64,000 nucleotides of DNA, from the NCBI GenBank assembly GCA_050749465.1, contig JBOGRO010000020.1, positions 47,540 to 111,539 on the forward strand, read 5' to 3'. The notes beneath the pieces were generated by a model, which made no database searches, was not told where the DNA came from, and was given only the letters and a program-made list of their open reading frames with translations. This DNA is from Thermoplasmata archaeon (GTDB lineage Archaea; Thermoplasmatota; Thermoplasmata; Lutacidiplasmatales; UBA184). Numbering within the stretch: position 1 is the first letter of the stretch; each line of letters opens with the position of its first letter. Shown here piece after piece: positions 35,465 to 43,883 of the stretch. Made by a program: the position numbers and the translations under genes.

Positions 35465-36205
35465 CTATTTATGGTTGCCCGAACCCCCGTTCGAGGCCGC
35501 GTGCGCGATCACCCCGTCGACGAGCAAGGCGTGGATCGAGAAGCCCCGGAGCATCTGGTCCCACATCTGCCGGCGGACCTCAGGAGAGTTCGCGAACCCG
35601 GCGACGATCTGTCCGATCCACTCGGAGTGCTCGACGTCGGCGGTGACGTGGAGCTGGTAGTAGGCGAGGTGGGCGTCGTCGACGCCGTAGTGGTTCTTGA
35701 ACGCGGGAAGGAGGCGCGCGCAGAGGTCGACGTTCGGCGGCTCGGACGAGCCCGCCGCGGAGACGTAGAACGGGTTCATCCGGTTCGTGTAGAGGAAGTC
35801 GTCGATCGCGACCATCGTGCTCGGGAGGAGCGAGGCGGACTGCACCTCCCCGCGCGGGACGCCGAGCCCTTCGCAGAACCGGAGCCAGAGCTCGGGGTGG
35901 CCCGGCTCCTTGCCCTTGGGGTCCCCCGCCTCCTCGACGAGCTGGTCGAGGATCATCCGACGGTACCGGTCGTTCGCCGGCTCCCACGAGCAGTTCGCGA
36001 ACCGCTCGGCCATCGCGACCGGCACGGACGCGAGCCAGGGATAGAACTGGGCGACCCACGCGCGGACGAGCGGTTTCGGGACCTTGCCGTGCTCGAGGTC
36101 GGAGAAGAACGGGTGCGTGGCGAACGGGTGGTTCGCCATCTTGAACTTGGTGAGCTCGTCGCGAAACTTCTCGCCCTCGTACCGGACCCACGGGGGTTCC
36201 GTCAT
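35465..36205 (-). CDS. Heme-oxygenase-like di-iron protein (CADD / PqqC / TenA superfamily)
   Basis: 246 aa. HPFFSDL, QFYPWL, EEAGDPKGKEPGHPELWLRFCEGLG and YYQLHVTADVEHSEW (H-x3-D-x2-H) resemble the ligand pattern of the iron-containing redox enzyme/CADD family. Confidence 0.65.
   Translation of the reverse strand: MTEPPWVRYEGEKFRDELTKFKMANHPFATHPFFSDLEHGKVPKPLVRAWVAQFYPWLASVPVAMAERFANCSWEPANDRYRRMILDQLVEEAGDPKGKEPGHPELWLRFCEGLGVPRGEVQSASLLPSTMVAIDDFLYTNRMNPFYVSAAGSSEPPNVDLCARLLPAFKNHYGVDDAHLAYYQLHVTADVEHSEWIGQIVAGFANSPEVRRQMWDQMLRGFSIHALLVDGVIAHAASNGGSGNHK
35466..35472 (-). promoter_or_regulatory. TATA-like element (ATAAATA on minus strand) upstream of the aro/trp supra-operon leader
   Basis: The only AT-rich heptamer in the 198-nt gap between the CADD-like gene and aroA'. 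It overlaps the stop codon of the upstream gene. Confidence 0.45.
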
Positions 36206-36225
36206 GGCCCCTCGACCGCGGCGCG

Positions 36226-36233
36226 CTATTTGG
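36226..36233 (-). promoter_or_regulatory. TATA-like element (CCAAATAG on minus strand) for the CADD-like gene
   Basis: Centred about 24 nt upstream of the ATG at 36205, in the 86-nt divergent intergenic region. Confidence 0.4.
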
Positions 36234-36261
36234 GGCTCGAGGTTCTCCGCTGAACCTCGAG

Positions 36262-36269
36262 GTTTATCG
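36262..36269 (+). promoter_or_regulatory. TATA-like element (GTTTATCG) for the CoA-transferase/ACAD/S53 gene run
   Basis: Centred about 26 nt upstream of the ATG at 36292, consistent with a leaderless mRNA. Confidence 0.45.
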
Positions 36270-36291
36270 CGGACCGGCCCGCTCGGAGCCG

Positions 36292-37605
36292 ATGACCGGC
36301 GAGGCGACGACCCCGGCGATCGTGCCCGAGTTCGGGCCGCTCGCCGGCTTGCGGGTGCTCGAGTCCGCGCGGTTCGTCGCGGGCCCCTGGGCGGCGACGT
36401 ACCTCGGCGAGTTCGGCGCCCGCGTGGTGCACGTCGAGGGTCCGCCGTTCGGCCCCCCCTACGCCGACGCCACCCGGTCCCTCCGCCCCCTCCTTCCCGG
36501 AGGCGCCCCGGGCGACGAGGTCTCGGAGTCGTGGGTGCAGTACTCCCGGAACAAGCTCTCGGTGGGCCTCGACCTGCGGAGAAGCGAAGGTCGCGCGGTC
36601 TTCCTCGACCTGGCCCGCGCGTCGGACATCTGGATCGAGTCGTCGCGACCGGGTACCTACGACCGGCTCGGACTTACGGACGCCGAGATCTGGTCGGCGA
36701 ATCCCCGGTTGACGATCGTCCACGTCTCGGGGCACGGTCGGACCGGCGACCCCGCACGGGTCAGCGCCCCGTCCTACGACCTCACGGCGCAGGCGTTCAG
36801 TGGCTACCTGTCGTTGCAGGGGCGACCCGACCCGGAGCCTCCGATGCGTTCGGGCACGGCGCTCAATGACACCGTGACGGGCCTCGCCGCCGCTACGGCC
36901 GGACTGATGGGGTACTTCCACGCTCAGCGGACGGGGAAGGGACAGGCCGTCGACGTCGCGCAGTACGAGATCTTCTTCGTGCTCCTCGAGAACCTCGCGC
37001 TCGACTACTTCATGCGTGGGGTCGTCCGGGGTCGCTTCGGGACCGGCCACGCCCGCCTCCATCCGTACGACGTGCACCGGGCCGCGGACGGCTGGGTCGT
37101 CGTCGCGGCCCCGACGCCCGACGCGTGGGCGCAGCTCAAGGGGGTCCTCGGGTTCACCGACCCCGCGTACGACGACCGGGACTACCGCCTCGCCCACCGA
37201 GAACCGGTCGACCGGGCCATCGCGGCGCTCTGCGCTACCCGTACGCGAGACGAGCTGGAGCGGATCGGTCGCGAGCATGACGTGGCGATCTCTCGGGTCT
37301 TCGACATCGCCGACATCGCGCACGACGAGCACTATCGCCGTCGCGAGATGTTCCTGGAGTGGGACGACCCGGTCGCGGGCCGGGTCAAGGGCGCGGGCGT
37401 CGCGCCGAAGTTCTCGGCGACGCCGGGGGGCGTCTGGCGCGGCGCCCCCTGGCTCGGACAGGATAACCGATCGGTGCTCGCGGGTATCCTAGGGTATCCA
37501 CCGGAGCGGATCGACGAACTTCGACGGTCGGGGGTCGTGGGAGACCACCCGCCGACCGCATCGGCGGCGAGATCGGAACCGAGGTTCCGACGGGAGGGAC
37601 TCTGA
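36292..37605 (+). CDS. Family III CoA-transferase (CaiB/BaiF family)
   Basis: 437 aa. GPLAGLRVLE...AGPWAATYLGEFGARVVHVE at the N-terminus and the interlocked-dimer length are typical. The conserved Asp region is LNDTVTG. Confidence 0.85.
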   Translation: MTGEATTPAIVPEFGPLAGLRVLESARFVAGPWAATYLGEFGARVVHVEGPPFGPPYADATRSLRPLLPGGAPGDEVSESWVQYSRNKLSVGLDLRRSEGRAVFLDLARASDIWIESSRPGTYDRLGLTDAEIWSANPRLTIVHVSGHGRTGDPARVSAPSYDLTAQAFSGYLSLQGRPDPEPPMRSGTALNDTVTGLAAATAGLMGYFHAQRTGKGQAVDVAQYEIFFVLLENLALDYFMRGVVRGRFGTGHARLHPYDVHRAADGWVVVAAPTPDAWAQLKGVLGFTDPAYDDRDYRLAHREPVDRAIAALCATRTRDELERIGREHDVAISRVFDIADIAHDEHYRRREMFLEWDDPVAGRVKGAGVAPKFSATPGGVWRGAPWLGQDNRSVLAGILGYPPERIDELRRSGVVGDHPPTASAARSEPRFRREGL

Positions 37606-38765
37606 CGTCGTCGCTCCCCCCGCTTCCGGAGGACCCGCTCGCGGAGGAGATCGTCGCCGCCGCGCGCGCGCTCGACCTGCCCCGGCGGTACCGAGAGCTC
37701 GACCGGAGCCCCGCTTTCCCGCGCGAGGAGTTCCGGGCGCTGGGGAGGGGCCACCTCCTCGGACTGAGGACCGCGGAGTCGCTCGGGGGTCGGGGGCTCC
37801 CGCTCCCCCGGGTCGGGGTCGCGCTCTTTCGACTGGCGTACGAGGCAGGCACGACGTTCGCGAAGCTCTCGCTGCAGCCCGAGTTCTCTTCGGTCCTCGC
37901 GGAGCACGGGCCGCCCGAACTCGTCGACCGGTGGTTCCGCCCGATGCTCGCGGGGGAACGACTCGTCGGGAATCAGATCACCGAGCCGTCGGCCGGGTCG
38001 GACGTCAGTGCGATCGAGGCGACGGCCGACCTGAAGGGGCACGAGTACCGGCTGAACGGGACGAAAAGCGAGGTCGCGTTCGCCGAGGAGGCGGACGCCG
38101 CGATCGTCTACGCCAAGGTCCCGTCGGCGGACCCACGGCGAGGGATCACCGCGTTCCTCGTCCCCCAGGACCTCCCGGGCATTCACCGCGAAGCCGGCGC
38201 CGGCGACCTCGGGGAGCGCTGGCAGCGGCGCGGCACGGTCCGCTACGAGAACGTGCGGGTGCCGGCGGACCATCGACTGGGAGCGGAGGGGGCGGGCCTC
38301 GATCAGGTGCGCGGGGAGCTCACTCGCGAACGCGCGCTGCTCGCGGCCATCTACCTCGGGGTCGCCCGCGCCTCCTGGGAGGAGACGGTCCGCTATGCGG
38401 GGGAACGCGTCGTGTTCGGGAAACCGCTGTCGGCCCAGGAAGCCGTGGCGTTCCCCCTGGTCGAAGACGGCGTCGCCCTCACCGCGGCCTGGCTCTACAC
38501 TCAGCATGTCCTCGCTCGGTTGGACGCCGGCGAAGCGGTCGACGCCGACGCCGCCCTCGCCAAGTGGATGGCGACCGAGGCGGCGCTGCCAGCGATCGAC
38601 CACGCGATCCAGTTCCACGGGGGCCGGGGGTACTCCCAGTCCCTCCCGCACGAACAACGATGGCGCGACGTGCGGAGCGGCCGGATCGCTCACGGACCGT
38701 CCGAGGTCCTTCTGCGGCTCGGCGCCCGGGGGTTGTGGCCGCGGAAACCCGGCGATGGTTTATAG
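37602..38765 (+). CDS. Acyl-CoA dehydrogenase (full-length model from CTG 37602; track-supported minimal ORF is 37944..38765)
   Basis: From ATG 37944 only the middle and C-terminal ACAD domains are encoded (ITEPSAGSD, YENVRVP, FGKPL, QFHGGRGY). The in-frame upstream 114 codons encode an ACAD N-terminal alpha domain (FPREEFRALGRGHLLGL...GGRGLPL...EHGPPELVDRWFRPMLAGERL). There is no ATG/GTG/TTG there, and CTG 37602 overlaps the upstream stop as CTGA. Confidence 0.8.
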   Translation: MTSSLPPLPEDPLAEEIVAAARALDLPRRYRELDRSPAFPREEFRALGRGHLLGLRTAESLGGRGLPLPRVGVALFRLAYEAGTTFAKLSLQPEFSSVLAEHGPPELVDRWFRPMLAGERLVGNQITEPSAGSDVSAIEATADLKGHEYRLNGTKSEVAFAEEADAAIVYAKVPSADPRRGITAFLVPQDLPGIHREAGAGDLGERWQRRGTVRYENVRVPADHRLGAEGAGLDQVRGELTRERALLAAIYLGVARASWEETVRYAGERVVFGKPLSAQEAVAFPLVEDGVALTAAWLYTQHVLARLDAGEAVDADAALAKWMATEAALPAIDHAIQFHGGRGYSQSLPHEQRWRDVRSGRIAHGPSEVLLRLGARGLWPRKPGDGL

Positions 38766-38771
38766 GGCAGG

Positions 38772-41700
38772 TTGGGACCTTCTCAACGTGTGCAGGCCGC
38801 GCCGGGACCGACCTCACGACCGCCCTCGAATCGACGCCGCGGTGCGTGCCGTACGCTCGTAGGCGGCGGGGTGGCGCTCGTCACCGTGGTCGTCGTCTTG
38901 TCGCTCCTCCCGACTTCCGCCCTCACCGCCTCTTCCGCTCCATCGATCGGGGTTCCTTCGACCACGACGGATCCGGGCCCCGTTCTAGGCGGTCCGCTCG
39001 TCTTGGCGCCGGTCGCCGCCTCCGACATCGTCCCCGCCGGGGCGGGGGTGATCGGCGGGCCGGGCGATGCGCCCCTTCCGATCCTCCTCACGTTGGAGCT
39101 CACGAACCGGACGGCCCTCGGAGCCTTGCTCGCGGGACTCTCGGACCCCGTCTCCGCGGAGTATCACCAGTACGTCACTGCGGCACGGTTCGAAGCCCGC
39201 TTCAGCCCTTCGCGGGCGACCTGGAACGGCGTGCTCGACTACCTCGCGGGGTTCGAGGTCTCGAACCTCACGACCACTCCGGACCGCGTCTCGGTCTGGT
39301 TCGACGCGACGCCCGCCGTGATCGACGCAATGTTCCATACGACGCTCGAGACGTTCGACCTCGGCGGTGACGACTTCGTGGCTCCCCTCACGAACCCCGA
39401 GTTGCCGTCCGAGCTCGCGGGGGTCCTCACCCAGGTCACGGGGTTGAGCACGTACTCGCAGTACACGATCCACACGGCCAGCGTCGGCCGCGTAGTCGCC
39501 CGGTCGGGCTCCCCGGGCGCGGTGGCGGCGGGCGCCCCGTCCCTCTCGTACCTCGCCCCGGTCGAGTACGACGGCGCCCAACTCGAGTACGCTCCCGACT
39601 TCCAGGTCGCCTACGACGAGCAGTCGCTCTTCGCGCAGTACGGGTACCCCACCAACGCCACCGTCGCGACCATCCTCTGGGCTGGCGCGTACAGCGGCAG
39701 CACCGTCTCCACGCCCTGCGGCACCGTCTCGACGGGCGAGGACGTCGGCCCGTTCGTGCCGGCGGACGTCTATGGCTACTTCAACGAGACGTTGCCCGCC
39801 GGGGAACCGCACCCCCGCGTCACGGCGGTTCCGATCGGCAGTGCGGCCGGCGCGAGCTGCGCGGCTTCCTGGGACTCCACCGGCGCGGTCGGGGAGAACA
39901 CCCTCGATCTCGAGATGGTGGGGTCGACGGCCCCCGGCTCGCAGATCTACAACGTCTATGGCCCGACTCCAAGCGAGACCTACCTCGACGCGGCGTTCGC
40001 CACGGTGCTGAGCCCGCCCCTGACCCTCTCTGCGGCCGCCCAGGCGGGCTTGAGCAACGTCACGGTCATCACGAACTCCTGGGGCGAGTCCGATACCTAC
40101 GACTCAAACTGGTACCAGTACCTCGAGCAGGCCCAAGCCCGCGGCATCAGCGTGCTCGCGAGCTCGGGCGACTCCGGGGACAACCCCTCCAGCTCGAAGT
40201 ACCTGGGCTCGACGGTCGAGTTCCCCTCCTCCATGTCGTACAATGCGTTCGGGATGACCGCGGTCGGCGGCACGACACCGACCCTCTCCTCCACGACCTA
40301 CCACCTGACGAGCCAGGTCGTCTGGAACATCACGGCGGCGGATGTCTCCGATGACGGCCCGGCGGGCTCCACGGGTGGGGTCAGCACGGTGTACCCCGAG
40401 CCGATCTGGCAGACCGACACGGAGGCGAACGACGCCATCGGGGGCGCCGGGCGTGGGGTGCCCGACCTCGCGGCGATCGCGAACAACACGCTCGCTACGT
40501 TGTCGGTGGATGGGTACCAGTACCGGGCCACGAACGCGTCCGGCGTGGGGCAGTTCTACTCCTTCTGGGGCACCAGCATCGCGAGCCCGCTCACCGCGGG
40601 GCTCCTCGCCGACATCGATTACGTTCTGTCGGTGAACCACACCGCTCCCCTCGGATTCCTCAACCCCTCTTTGTACTCCGTCGCGAACCGAGAGTACGCC
40701 CCGCTCCCGAACAACGCGACGGGGATTGGCGCCGAGGCCACCGGTGCGTACATCTACTCGCTCCCGACGACGCCATTCTCGGACGTGACCCTCGGCTCGA
40801 ACTACGTCTACGACGCCGCCTTCGGTTACGACCTCGTGACCGGGTGGGGCTCCCTCGACGCCTACAACTACACGATGTACGTGAAGACCACGTCCTCGGC
40901 CGGGGACCCGGGTCGACTCTCGGGGATCCAGGACCGCGTCCACTTGGCCGGACTCTCCGTCTCGTCCGCCGGGAAGACCTACAACGCCTCGACCCAGCAG
41001 AACTTCTTCCTGGCGAACAGCCTCGGGGCACCGGTCTACTGGGTCCAGAACGTCGTCTACATCTCGGGCGAGCCGGGCGCGTGGTCGATGCGGTTCACCG
41101 GGTGGGTCGTCTTCCCGTTCTACGCCGCGTACCCGAGCCTCACCGTCTACGAATACAACTGGCCGGCCACGAGCCTCGCGGAGTCGACGCCGATCGCGCT
41201 CAACTTCACCACCCAGCTGGTCGACCCCGGGGGCCTCGGGGCGGCGGTGACGTTCTCCTTCGGCGTGGCGGGCGCCTCGACGCTCACGCTCCCGGTGCCG
41301 GGCGCGTCGTTCCTGATCGGGAGCCTCAACTACACTTACACCTGGCAGGGGACGTCGTACACCAACGGCGGACCGTCCTTCGGAGCCGCCGAGGGGTTCC
41401 TCACCCCCCAGTTCGGCCTCGTCGGGGGCCCGAGTCTCGGCGTCGGGGAGTTCGCCGCTCCGACCGCCGGGACCGTTTCGGCGTACACCGCGGCGTGGGG
41501 CTCGAGCGTCTTCGTGCCCGCCGGGACCGCGACGTTCACGACGTCCGCGAGCCAGACCGCTGAGGTCGCGGCCAACCTCGAGTACACGCCGACGAGCGGC
41601 AATAACTGGACGATCAGTGTCCAGTCGGGAAGCGGGACTCAAGGGGTCCTCGCTTTCGAGAGCGGCGCCGCGGAGTACGCCGTCCAGTTCAACCAGACCG

Positions 41701-42521
41701 GCGTCCCGGCTGGCACGACCTGGTGGGTGAACGTGACCGGCGGGCCCCCTCTCTCGGGCCCCGGCTCGACGGCCGACCTGGTCACCGACCTCACGGACGG
41801 CAGCTACCCGTGGACGTTCCAGGTCGGTTCCATCCTCGGCACCGCGTCGGCCGGCAGCGGCACCGTCACGGTGAGCGGTGCCGGGGTGTTCGTAGACCTG
41901 ACGTACGACGTGCCCACCGGAACGGTCACTTTCTCGGAGCTCGGACTCGCGTCGGGCGCTACGTGGCGGGTCGCGATCGGAGGAGGGCCTACGGTCTCCG
42001 GCGCTACGATCGACCTGACCGTCACGGTCGAATACGGCGCTCACTCCTACCGGATCCAGGGGCCGGACGCGACCTGGCAGGCGGCCCCGCGGACCGGCAC
42101 GGTATCGGTCGGCTCGAGCCCGTCGACCGTCGCGGTCGCCTTCACCCGCGTCGTCTACGTCGTCACGTTCGCGCCCAGCTTCTCGGGGACGGGAGCGGTC
42201 GAATGGTGGGCCAGTTTCAATGGGACGACCGTCCCGGGCGATGCCTCCAACATCCCCGTCGAGCTTCCGAACGGCACCTACGACTTCAGCTTCACGACGG
42301 GGACGGGGTACTCCGTGAGCCCCACGAACGAGAGCCTGACCGTCACCGGCGCCCCGCTCGTAGTGGCGTTCGTCGTCTCCCCCTCGAGCCCCGGGGGTCT
42401 CTTTGGCCTCGGGACATGGGGCTACCTTCTCGTTGGGGGGATCGTCGTGGTCCTCCTCGGGGTCGTGATCGCCGCGGTGGCGACCCGACGCAAGAGCCCG
42501 CCGACCGGACCGGGAACTTAG
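38772..42521 (+). CDS. Secreted, membrane-anchored S53 (sedolisin/kumamolisin-like) serine peptidase with C-terminal repeat domains
   Basis: 1249 aa with an N-terminal hydrophobic signal (VALVTVVVVLSLL). The pro-kumamolisin-like activation region is LSDPVSAEYHQYVTAARFEARF. The catalytic domain has ENTLDLEMVGSTAPG, NSWGE, ASSGDSG and the serine motif WGTSIASPLTAG. A long beta-rich region, three FxExGLxxGTxW-type repeats and a C-terminal TM helix plus basic tail follow. An alternative start is GTG 38790. Confidence 0.8.
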   Translation: MGPSQRVQAAPGPTSRPPSNRRRGACRTLVGGGVALVTVVVVLSLLPTSALTASSAPSIGVPSTTTDPGPVLGGPLVLAPVAASDIVPAGAGVIGGPGDAPLPILLTLELTNRTALGALLAGLSDPVSAEYHQYVTAARFEARFSPSRATWNGVLDYLAGFEVSNLTTTPDRVSVWFDATPAVIDAMFHTTLETFDLGGDDFVAPLTNPELPSELAGVLTQVTGLSTYSQYTIHTASVGRVVARSGSPGAVAAGAPSLSYLAPVEYDGAQLEYAPDFQVAYDEQSLFAQYGYPTNATVATILWAGAYSGSTVSTPCGTVSTGEDVGPFVPADVYGYFNETLPAGEPHPRVTAVPIGSAAGASCAASWDSTGAVGENTLDLEMVGSTAPGSQIYNVYGPTPSETYLDAAFATVLSPPLTLSAAAQAGLSNVTVITNSWGESDTYDSNWYQYLEQAQARGISVLASSGDSGDNPSSSKYLGSTVEFPSSMSYNAFGMTAVGGTTPTLSSTTYHLTSQVVWNITAADVSDDGPAGSTGGVSTVYPEPIWQTDTEANDAIGGAGRGVPDLAAIANNTLATLSVDGYQYRATNASGVGQFYSFWGTSIASPLTAGLLADIDYVLSVNHTAPLGFLNPSLYSVANREYAPLPNNATGIGAEATGAYIYSLPTTPFSDVTLGSNYVYDAAFGYDLVTGWGSLDAYNYTMYVKTTSSAGDPGRLSGIQDRVHLAGLSVSSAGKTYNASTQQNFFLANSLGAPVYWVQNVVYISGEPGAWSMRFTGWVVFPFYAAYPSLTVYEYNWPATSLAESTPIALNFTTQLVDPGGLGAAVTFSFGVAGASTLTLPVPGASFLIGSLNYTYTWQGTSYTNGGPSFGAAEGFLTPQFGLVGGPSLGVGEFAAPTAGTVSAYTAAWGSSVFVPAGTATFTTSASQTAEVAANLEYTPTSGNNWTISVQSGSGTQGVLAFESGAAEYAVQFNQTGVPAGTTWWVNVTGGPPLSGPGSTADLVTDLTDGSYPWTFQVGSILGTASAGSGTVTVSGAGVFVDLTYDVPTGTVTFSELGLASGATWRVAIGGGPTVSGATIDLTVTVEYGAHSYRIQGPDATWQAAPRTGTVSVGSSPSTVAVAFTRVVYVVTFAPSFSGTGAVEWWASFNGTTVPGDASNIPVELPNGTYDFSFTTGTGYSVSPTNESLTVTGAPLVVAFVVSPSSPGGLFGLGTWGYLLVGGIVVVLLGVVIAAVATRRKSPPTGPGT
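41676..42385 (+). repeat. Three tandem ~77-80-aa beta-sandwich-like repeats (coding) related to those in the 50412..54005 gene
   Basis: YAVQFNQTGVPAGTTWWVNVTGG, GTVTFSELGLASGATWRVAIGGG and YVVTFAPSFSGTGAVEWWASFNG each end in a VxF strand. The architecture matches repeats 50565..51941. Confidence 0.6.
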
Positions 42522-42545
42522 CTCGGGTCGGGTCGGGCCCGCGCC

Positions 42546-43883
42546 CTACGTCGCTTTCGAGCGGGCCAGGCCTCTCGGGCGTGACCGTCCCGGGGCGGGC
42601 TCCGAGGACCGGCCCTTCGCCGGGGCGAACTGCTCCGACTCGGTCGATCCGTCCATCGCGAGCGTGGTCGTGAGGCCGCCCGAAAGGACCTGCGCGATGT
42701 CATCGAAATAGCCGGCACCGACGAACGACTGGTGCTTGACCGCCGCGTACCCCTCCTCCTCCGCCGCGAACTCCTCCTGCTGAAGCTCCGTGTACGCCGC
42801 CATGCCGCGTTCGGCGTAGCCGCGGGCGAGGCGGAACGTCGAGAGGTTCAACACGTGGAATCCGGCGAGGGTGACGAACTGGAAGCGATACCCCATCTTC
42901 GCGATCGTCTCCTGGAAATCGGCGATCGTCTCGGGGGGGAGCTTCTTCCGCCAGTTGAACGAGGGCGAGCAGTTGTAGGCGAGCAGTTTCCCCGGAAACT
43001 CGAGGTGGACCTCCCGCGCGAACTGCTCGGCCTCCTCGAGGTCCGGGCTCGACGTCTCGAACCAGAGGAGGTCCGCGTACGGAGCGTAGGCGAGGGAACG
43101 AGCGATCGCCATGTCGAGCCCACCGGTGATGCCGAAGAACCCCTCGGAGGTCCGCCGGCCCGTGAGGAACGGCGCGTCCCGCGGGTCGATGTCGCTCGTG
43201 AGGAGCTTCGCGCTCTGGGCGTCGGTCCGGGCGACCACCAACGTCGGCACCCCGGCGAGGTCCGCCGCGAGTCGCGCGGCCCAGAGCTTCTGGTTGAACT
43301 CCCGGGCGGGGATGAGCACCTTTCCGCCCATATGCCCGCACTTCTTCGCCGACGCGAGCTGGTCCTCGAGGTGGAGCCCGGCGGCGCCCGCGTCGATCAG
43401 GCCCTTCGTGAGTTCGAAGACGTTCAGGTTCCCGCCGAAACCGGCCTCCGCATCCGCGACGATCGGAGCGTACCAGTAGACGTCGTCCTTCCCGGCGGCG
43501 TGCTGCTTCTCGTCCTCTCGCCGGAACGCATTGTTGATGCGGCGAACGAGCGTCGGCATTGCGTCGGCCGGGTAGAGGCTCTGGTCGGGGTAGGTCTGGT
43601 CCGCGGTGTTCGCATCGGCGGCGACCTGCCAGCCGCTCGCGTAGATCGCCGGAAGGCCGGCCTGGACCATTTGGACGGCCTGCGTACCGGTGAACGCGCC
43701 CAGCGACGCGACGTACGGCTCGCTCTCGAGGAGACGCCAGAGTCGGGCCGCCCCGAGCTGCGCGAGCGTATGCTCGACGCGTACGGAGCCGCGCAATCGC
43801 TCCACGTCGGCCGCGTGATACGGCCGCCGAATCCCTCGCCAGCGTTCGGACGTCTTCCAATCGGTCTCGATCTCTCCGCTCAT
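42546..43883 (-). CDS. aceA: Isocitrate lyase
   Basis: ATG at 43883 overlaps the aceB stop (ATGA); 445 aa. The catalytic signature KKCGHMGGK is present, with ADAEAGFGG and NCSPSFNW. The upstream part of track ORF 42546..44402 is shadow sequence. Confidence 0.92.
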   Translation of the reverse strand: MSGEIETDWKTSERWRGIRRPYHAADVERLRGSVRVEHTLAQLGAARLWRLLESEPYVASLGAFTGTQAVQMVQAGLPAIYASGWQVAADANTADQTYPDQSLYPADAMPTLVRRINNAFRREDEKQHAAGKDDVYWYAPIVADAEAGFGGNLNVFELTKGLIDAGAAGLHLEDQLASAKKCGHMGGKVLIPAREFNQKLWAARLAADLAGVPTLVVARTDAQSAKLLTSDIDPRDAPFLTGRRTSEGFFGITGGLDMAIARSLAYAPYADLLWFETSSPDLEEAEQFAREVHLEFPGKLLAYNCSPSFNWRKKLPPETIADFQETIAKMGYRFQFVTLAGFHVLNLSTFRLARGYAERGMAAYTELQQEEFAAEEEGYAAVKHQSFVGAGYFDDIAQVLSGGLTTTLAMDGSTESEQFAPAKGRSSEPAPGRSRPRGLARSKAT

